Shown here: positions 58,151-64,000 of the stretch, piece by piece
Layout: every line of letters starts with the position of its first letter
Numbering within the stretch: the first letter of the stretch is position 1
Assembly: GCA_951813565.1 (NCBI GenBank)
Contig: OX638351.1
Location: 1,376,001-1,440,000, forward strand
Length of the DNA: 64,000 bases
Direction: 5' to 3'
From: an uncultured Poribacteria bacterium
Lineage (GTDB): Bacteria > Poribacteria > WGA-4E > WGA-3G
The notes under the pieces: generated by a model
Database searches by the model: none
What the model was told of the DNA's origin: nothing
Seen by the model: only the letters and a program-made list of their open reading frames with translations
Made by a program: the position numbers and the translations under genes

Positions 58151-59218
58151 ATGAAACGTAAAAACGCTATGCGATTTTTTTCGCTTTTGACAGTTCTGGG
58201 TATCGCCACTATTTTTGGGTCGCAAGCCAACTCAGAAACAGTAGATAATCCAGGAGGATTCAGTATGATTGAAATGACAAAATTAACGAAAGATGCACTA
58301 AGTACCGCTAAAGAATATAATGGACCACAAACCGTGCAAGCCCTGATGGAAGCGTTTGATGAAATATACAATCGCAACCATTTAAAAACCGCGGTGATTA
58401 TATACCGTAAAACCGATGGTGGAACAATCACTGCTTCTATACTAACAACAAGTGAAGTAAACCTCTCCCATAAGATTGATAGTGCTGGCAGAAAAAGACA
58501 CGTCAGCCAGTTTACAAACGAGGAAATTGATGCCCAACATCAACGGATAGGATGGCTTAAGATGCGTCTGAATGAAGGTGCCTCTATAAAACTTTCCGGA
58601 GAAGGGAAAGTAAACTTATCCCATATAATTGATAGTGTTGATGGAAAAAGACACGTCAGCCAGTTTACAAACGAGGAAATTGATGCACGATATCCGAGAG
58701 CAGCATGGCTTCAGCTGCTTTTAGATAACGGTATCACCATCGAAAATTTCGGAGAGTACGCGTCCTACCTGTCAAAACGACACACTCTGGCTTTTCTGAA
58801 AGACAATCCTAATCTTCGTAATGTGAGGATTCTTGACATTCCACCAGCGGATGATTGGGCAACCTATCAAGCTGCCTATATTGATAAATTGGAAATGGAT
58901 TATGCCAAAATGCGGAAAGTTGCAGAACAGGTTGAACAGAGTAAAGAAAAAGTTGAACGTGCTAAGGTGCTGGCTGAACAAGCCAAAGTGCTAGCTGAAC
59001 AAGCCAAGGAACGAGCTGAACAAGCCAAAGTACTGGCTGAACGCGCAAAGAATAAGTTAAATTCACAACGACTTGAAAACGTTAGGAAACAACTTGAGAA
59101 CGCCAGAAAACAGATTGAGCATTTACAAGAGACTTTAGAACGTCTTAAAAAATCAACGCCTCCACCTCAGTCCCCCAAACAAAATATGAAAAAGAAGCCT
59201 TCCACTATTCAGATATAG
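58151..59218 (+). CDS. Secreted protein, paralog 2 (internal duplication)
   Basis: As paralog 1; VNLSH.IDS...KRHVSQFTNEEIDA occurs twice. Confidence 0.8.
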   Translation: MKRKNAMRFFSLLTVLGIATIFGSQANSETVDNPGGFSMIEMTKLTKDALSTAKEYNGPQTVQALMEAFDEIYNRNHLKTAVIIYRKTDGGTITASILTTSEVNLSHKIDSAGRKRHVSQFTNEEIDAQHQRIGWLKMRLNEGASIKLSGEGKVNLSHIIDSVDGKRHVSQFTNEEIDARYPRAAWLQLLLDNGITIENFGEYASYLSKRHTLAFLKDNPNLRNVRILDIPPADDWATYQAAYIDKLEMDYAKMRKVAEQVEQSKEKVERAKVLAEQAKVLAEQAKERAEQAKVLAERAKNKLNSQRLENVRKQLENARKQIEHLQETLERLKKSTPPPQSPKQNMKKKPSTIQI

Positions 59219-59410
59219 CATAAAAGTAACGCGATAGACCTTATGGGCTATTCTGTTTTCATCATTGATACTATAATACTTACACCCATACATATCTTCT
59301 GCAACTTTTCTGCAAAGACCGTATGCAAAACAATTAACAGAGGATTGATGGACAAACGCAGGTTTACAAACATAAGGCTCACATCTACAATTGAAAATGA
59401 AGGAGACATA

Positions 59411-60229
59411 ATGAAACGAAAAATTGTTATGCCAATGTTCACATTTTTGATAGTTATGGGATTTGCTTTCTTTTTTCTGTCTCAAGCAGATTCTTTCACT
59501 TTCACATTCAGCGAAACGATGAAAATCAAGCAGATACCACCAGACCTCCCCGAAGAATATTTTGGGCCGCAAACAGTGCCGGCATTGATGAATATCTTTG
59601 ATGCTGAGTACAACCGGGTCCATTTGAAGACCACAATAAGTATATCCGCTGGCCAACACAGCCAATCAAGCCAGTTTACAAATGACGAGATAGATGCGCG
59701 ATATCCGCGGGATGAGTGGCTTAAAATCTTGTTGGACAAAGGTTTCACTATACAGAATTTCCGCAAATATGCATTCTGTCTAACGAAAAGACATATTTTG
59801 GCATTTCTGGAAGATAATCCAGATTTTTGGAAAACAGGGTTTCATGGGATGCCCGTATTTTCTGGTATGCCTGTGACGGATAATTGGGAAACTTATAAAG
59901 CCGCTTATATTGAAAAGTTGGTAAACAAACATATTGAGAAGATTCGGAAAGCAGCAGAGAAGGTTGAACAAGGTAAGGAACAAGCTGAACGCGCTAAAGT
60001 GCTGGCTGAACAAGCCAAGGAACGAGCTGAACAAGCCAAAGTACTGGCTGAACGCGCAAAGAATAGATCCAATTCACAACAACTTGAAAACGTTAGGAAA
60101 CAACTTGAGAACGCCAGAAAACAGATTGAGTATTTACAAGAAACTTTAGAACGTCTTAAAAAATCAACGCCTCCACCTCAGTACCCAAACCAAAATATGA
60201 AAAAGAAACCTTCCACTATCCAGATATAG
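59411..60229 (+). CDS. Secreted protein, paralog 3
   Basis: SD AAGGAG before ATG 59411; same core and tail. Confidence 0.8.
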   Translation: MKRKIVMPMFTFLIVMGFAFFFLSQADSFTFTFSETMKIKQIPPDLPEEYFGPQTVPALMNIFDAEYNRVHLKTTISISAGQHSQSSQFTNDEIDARYPRDEWLKILLDKGFTIQNFRKYAFCLTKRHILAFLEDNPDFWKTGFHGMPVFSGMPVTDNWETYKAAYIEKLVNKHIEKIRKAAEKVEQGKEQAERAKVLAEQAKERAEQAKVLAERAKNRSNSQQLENVRKQLENARKQIEYLQETLERLKKSTPPPQYPNQNMKKKPSTIQI

Positions 60230-60396
60230 CATAAAGATAATGCGATAGACTCCTACGAACTATCTTGTTCACGTTTAATAACTGTAAACTTACACAGCAC
60301 ACCTTTTTACTGACATCCAGTTAATTTGGAGCGGTAAAAAACGTGATTTGTGTAGTCTTAAGGGATCTTTTTGCCATCATATATGGAGAATACCAA

Positions 60397-61805
60397 ATGT
60401 TACTAACGCTAATTCGAAAAGAGATAATGCATCATATCCTGAGCGTCCGTTTCGTCGCGCTCCTTGTGATGTGTCTCCTTCTCGTCCCGCTTACACTTTC
60501 TACCAATTACCGAAATTATCGCCAGAACTTAGTAGATTACCAAGAAGCCGTTAAACTCGCAAACATTGAAGAAACCACAGTAAACCCGAAGCTGCCATTG
60601 GAACCGGAACGGGAGGTTTCCAAACTCATCCTCAAACCGACCCCTTGAGCGTCTTCGCAAATGGGTTAGCAGATGCATTGCCGAGTTATCTTGGCATGAC
60701 ACGTAATGGGATTACACAAGGGGCACCCGCCCTGGTTTCTTCTCTCTCCCAACTTTTTGGATACCTTGACTTTCTATTTGTGGTAGGTACTGTCTTCAGT
60801 CTCCTTGCACTGTTGTTCACATTTGATGCGGTTGCTGGTGAGCGAGAGGCAGGCACCCTTCGGATTACCTTAGCCAATTCCCTGCCGCGCGACCTATTTT
60901 TATGGAGCAAATTAATTGGCGGATACGTGGTATTTGTCGTTCCATTCCTGGTGTCGTTACTATTCGGTTTACTGATACTTGTCTGGCAGGGTTTCCCGCT
61001 CGGTGAACCCGAAATTTTTCCGAGAGTCCTGGGTTTAACCCTCATCTCGTTGCTCTATATTGGTGTCTTTTTTGCAATTGGCACAGTGATTTCCACCTAT
61101 TTAGACAATTCCAAAACAGCACTCATCGTCGCCTTTACCGTATGGGTATTTGCTGTGCTGATTACGCCACGCGTTGGGTTTATCGCTGCCAAACTCATCG
61201 TCCCAACACGAACCTCACAGAGCGTCTATATGGAAAAGACAGCCATGCGAGACGATTTCAACGCGGTAATTGATAAGGAAAAATGGAAATTCATAATGGA
61301 GATCCCACCGGATGAGGACGGTAATGTAATGATAGGAGGAGAAAATGCTAAAAAAGTTGATGAACGCGTAAAGCCTCTTGAAGAGGAATATCGATCGAAA
61401 TTCCAAGACTCTGCTGACAAACTCGATCGCGATTACAAACGTGAAATGGAACGACAAGAACAGATCGGTGAGATGCTTTCCCGAATAACACCGACATCTG
61501 CTCTCACCTACCTCGCTACGAACCTAACACAGACAGGAAAAGGCGCAAGAAGTATCTATTTTCAAGTGGGAGATCGCTATTACGATATGCTCCATACAGA
61601 TTTGTTCAGCAAAATTATGGATCATGCTTCAGGAAGATCATTTACAGCAGAGGATACTGTCAAAATCACACAACCGCCACCTTTAGAGACAATAACCTTA
61701 GGAGAAACACTCCGTCAATCAATGGTAGATGTGCTACTGCTCTGCTTTTTTGCAGTAGCGTTGACAACTGTGGCATTCCTGAAATTCTTTAGATCGGATA
61801 TTTGA
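60397..61805 (+). pseudogene. ABC-2-type permease, frameshifted near 60641
   Basis: Two ORFs join to match 61959-63374; ACCCCTTG is one base short of the KPTPLSVF reading. Confidence 0.85.
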
Positions 61806-61958
61806 TGCAGCAGAAATAGTGGTATAAACCGTAGCAATTTTAAAATGCTTGGCGTGAACAGATGCAACTTTTTGCGAAGTCATTTGTAGTACAGGTTGAA
61901 TACAACACCTATTACCAAAGATCGCACGAGCTAATCATGCAAATTAAGGAAATTCAAC

Positions 61959-63374
61959 ATGTTAATGACATTGATTCAAAAAGAGATAATGCATCATATT
62001 CTAAGCGTTCGATTTATTGTCCTGCTTTTGATGTGTCTGTTGCTTGTTCCACTCACGCTTTCTATCAATTATCAAAATTACCGCCAAAACCTCATTGACT
62101 ATCAAGAAGCGGTTAAACTTGCCAGCACCGAAGAAACGGAAGTTAACACGAACATGGAACTGAAACCGGAGTTGGAAGTTTCAAAACTTTTCCTGAAACC
62201 AACACCGCTGAGCGTGTTTGCTAACGGATTAGAGGACGCACTCCCGAGTTACCTTGGCATGACACGCAACGGTATCACACAAGGCCCACCTGCGTTGGTT
62301 TCCGCTTCACTCTTTTACTTGTTAGGACATCTCGACTTCCTTTTTCTTGTCGGTACTGTGTTCAGTCTGCTTGCGCTGCTGTTTACTTTTGATGCTGTTG
62401 CGGGCGAAAGGGAAGCAGGCACACTCCGAATAACTTTAGCAAACTCTTTGCCACGTGACCTATTTCTATGGAGCAAGTTGATCGGTGGCTACATTGTATT
62501 TATTGTTCCATTTTTAGTATCATTTCTATTCGGCTTACTATTGTTAGTTGCACAAGGTTTTCCGTTGGGAGAACCAGAAATTTTTCCACGAGTCCTGAGT
62601 CTGACTCTTGTTTCATTGATCTACATCGCAGTCTTTTTTGCAATAGGAACAGTGATTACCACCTATTTAGACAATTCCAAAACAGCACTCATCGTCGCCT
62701 TTACCGTATGGGTATTTGCTGTGCTGATTACGCCACGTGTTGGATTTCTCTCGGCAAAATTCATCGCACCGACACAAACTGCACAGAGTGTCTATTTGGA
62801 AAAGACAGCCGCTCGCGAGGACATCAATGCAGAAATAAAAGAAAAGAGACTTAAAATACATGAAGAAGTTGGGAAAGGCCGCCCTCAAAGTTCTTTTGAA
62901 GAACAGATCGCATTGGGGCAAGAGATTGATAAACAGATGGAACCGATTCAAGAGGAGTTTCGACAGAAATTCAATGACAGTGTGGACGAGATAGACCGAC
63001 AATATGAACGTGAACAAGCAAGACAGGAAGGTGTAGCTGAAACATTATCCCGCATCTCACCGACATCCTCCCTCATTTATCTCACTACAAACTTGACACA
63101 GACCGGAAAAACAAAAAGAAAAAACTACATTCAAGCGGGAGAACGCTACTATGTTGCGCTTGATGAAGATTGGTTTAGTAAAGTCGAAGACCATGTCTCC
63201 TTCAGAGCGTTGGATCCAAAGAAAAATATCCAAATTACGCAACCACCTCCTTTGGAAACTCCAACCTTAGGCGAAACACTCCGTCAATCGATGGTAGATG
63301 TGCTGCTGCTTTGTTTCTTTGTAGTAGCGTTGACAACTGTGGCATTCCTGAAATTCTTCCGTTCCGATATTTAA
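61959..63374 (+). CDS. ABC-2-type transporter permease
   Basis: FDAVAGEREAGTLR motif; multiple TM helices; helical periplasmic insert. Confidence 0.88.
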   Translation: MLMTLIQKEIMHHILSVRFIVLLLMCLLLVPLTLSINYQNYRQNLIDYQEAVKLASTEETEVNTNMELKPELEVSKLFLKPTPLSVFANGLEDALPSYLGMTRNGITQGPPALVSASLFYLLGHLDFLFLVGTVFSLLALLFTFDAVAGEREAGTLRITLANSLPRDLFLWSKLIGGYIVFIVPFLVSFLFGLLLLVAQGFPLGEPEIFPRVLSLTLVSLIYIAVFFAIGTVITTYLDNSKTALIVAFTVWVFAVLITPRVGFLSAKFIAPTQTAQSVYLEKTAAREDINAEIKEKRLKIHEEVGKGRPQSSFEEQIALGQEIDKQMEPIQEEFRQKFNDSVDEIDRQYEREQARQEGVAETLSRISPTSSLIYLTTNLTQTGKTKRKNYIQAGERYYVALDEDWFSKVEDHVSFRALDPKKNIQITQPPPLETPTLGETLRQSMVDVLLLCFFVVALTTVAFLKFFRSDI

Positions 63375-63408
63375 CCATATTTCCTCTACTGCGTGGGTAA
63401 CAGACAGC

Positions 63409-63714
63409 GTAACCCATAGGCATCAATTTAATAAAATATCTCTATTGTTATAATTTTGGAAACCAGATTTATACCATTCACCTTTCGCACCGCTGGTGCT
63501 TTGGTTTTGTAATATGGATTCTATACACCTTCCGCACCGGAATCAACGCCAAATGCGCTTATGGCATTCTTCGGGTGCTAACATGTGATTTACTAAAGCC
63601 TCGGAGAGGCGAAAGATGTATAGTAAACGTTGAGCCACTAAATAGCAAGCCCCAGAGGGGCGATAGGTGTATCAAATGCACAAATGTTACTCTAAATTGA
63701 CATCTATGGGTTAC
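63409..63714. mobile_element. MITE-like element with 22-bp imperfect TIRs
   Basis: GTAACCCATAGGCATCAATTTA / TAAATTGACATCTATGGGTTAC; flanked by AGACAGC and AGACAAC. Confidence 0.65.
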
Positions 63715-63812
63715 AGACAACGTAACCGCCAACTCTCTATCCCGTGCAGTTTTAACTATCCTTATTATCTGAAACATCTCTAATAGACAAACCCAACTTT
63801 TAAGGAGACGTT

Positions 63813-64000
63813 ATGCTACGAACAATTATTAGACAAGAACTTCTCGGTCATCTGATGAGCGCACGTTTTTTTGCTGCTGTCATCATTACGCTCCTGCTGG
63901 TTGTTGCGAATGCTGTCGTTCTTCTTGAAGATTATGAACGTCGGTTGGATAGATATAGCCATCAAGAAAATGTGCATCGTGAAAAAGCGCAGGAAGCGAA
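63813..64000 (+). CDS. ABC-2 permease paralog, 5' part (runs off the window)
   Basis: SD AAGGAG; MLRTIIRQELLGHLMSARFF resembles MLMTLIQKEIMHHILSVRF. Confidence 0.75.
   Translation, partial: MLRTIIRQELLGHLMSARFFAAVIITLLLVVANAVVLLEDYERRLDRYSHQENVHREKAQEA

Overview
A 64-kb chromosomal window of a moderately AT-rich bacterium, most likely Candidatus Poribacteria or a relative (inferred from secreted proteins ending in a ...TTWGxLK motif, a LamG protein, an FGE-sulfatase lipoprotein and a PorV-like barrel; not confirmed by any search). Housekeeping genes: infC-rpmI-rplT, T-box-led pheS-pheT, ubiE/menG, nadA, nnr. An accessory/defence zone (about 11.8-33.8 kb) holds two tnpB-only IS200/IS605 elements, an IS630, an IS1595, a head-to-tail ISKra4 dimer, an ABC-type ATPase plus a nuclease-like partner, and two DNA methyltransferases. 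Further right lie a 3868-aa Ig-repeat surface protein with a T9SS/FlgD-like C-terminus followed by a PorV/PorQ-like gene, three tandem secreted coiled-coil paralogs and three ABC-2 permease paralogs. Intergenic DNA is rich in GTAG-type REP hairpins and MITEs. The most interesting signals are non-coding: a four-helix leader before nadA, a pseudoknot-capable leader shared by both tnpB genes, a pseudoknot between infC and rpmI, and a 153-bp palindromic module inserted inside a REP. No CRISPR array, rRNA or tRNA was recognised. All pairings and identities were read by eye.
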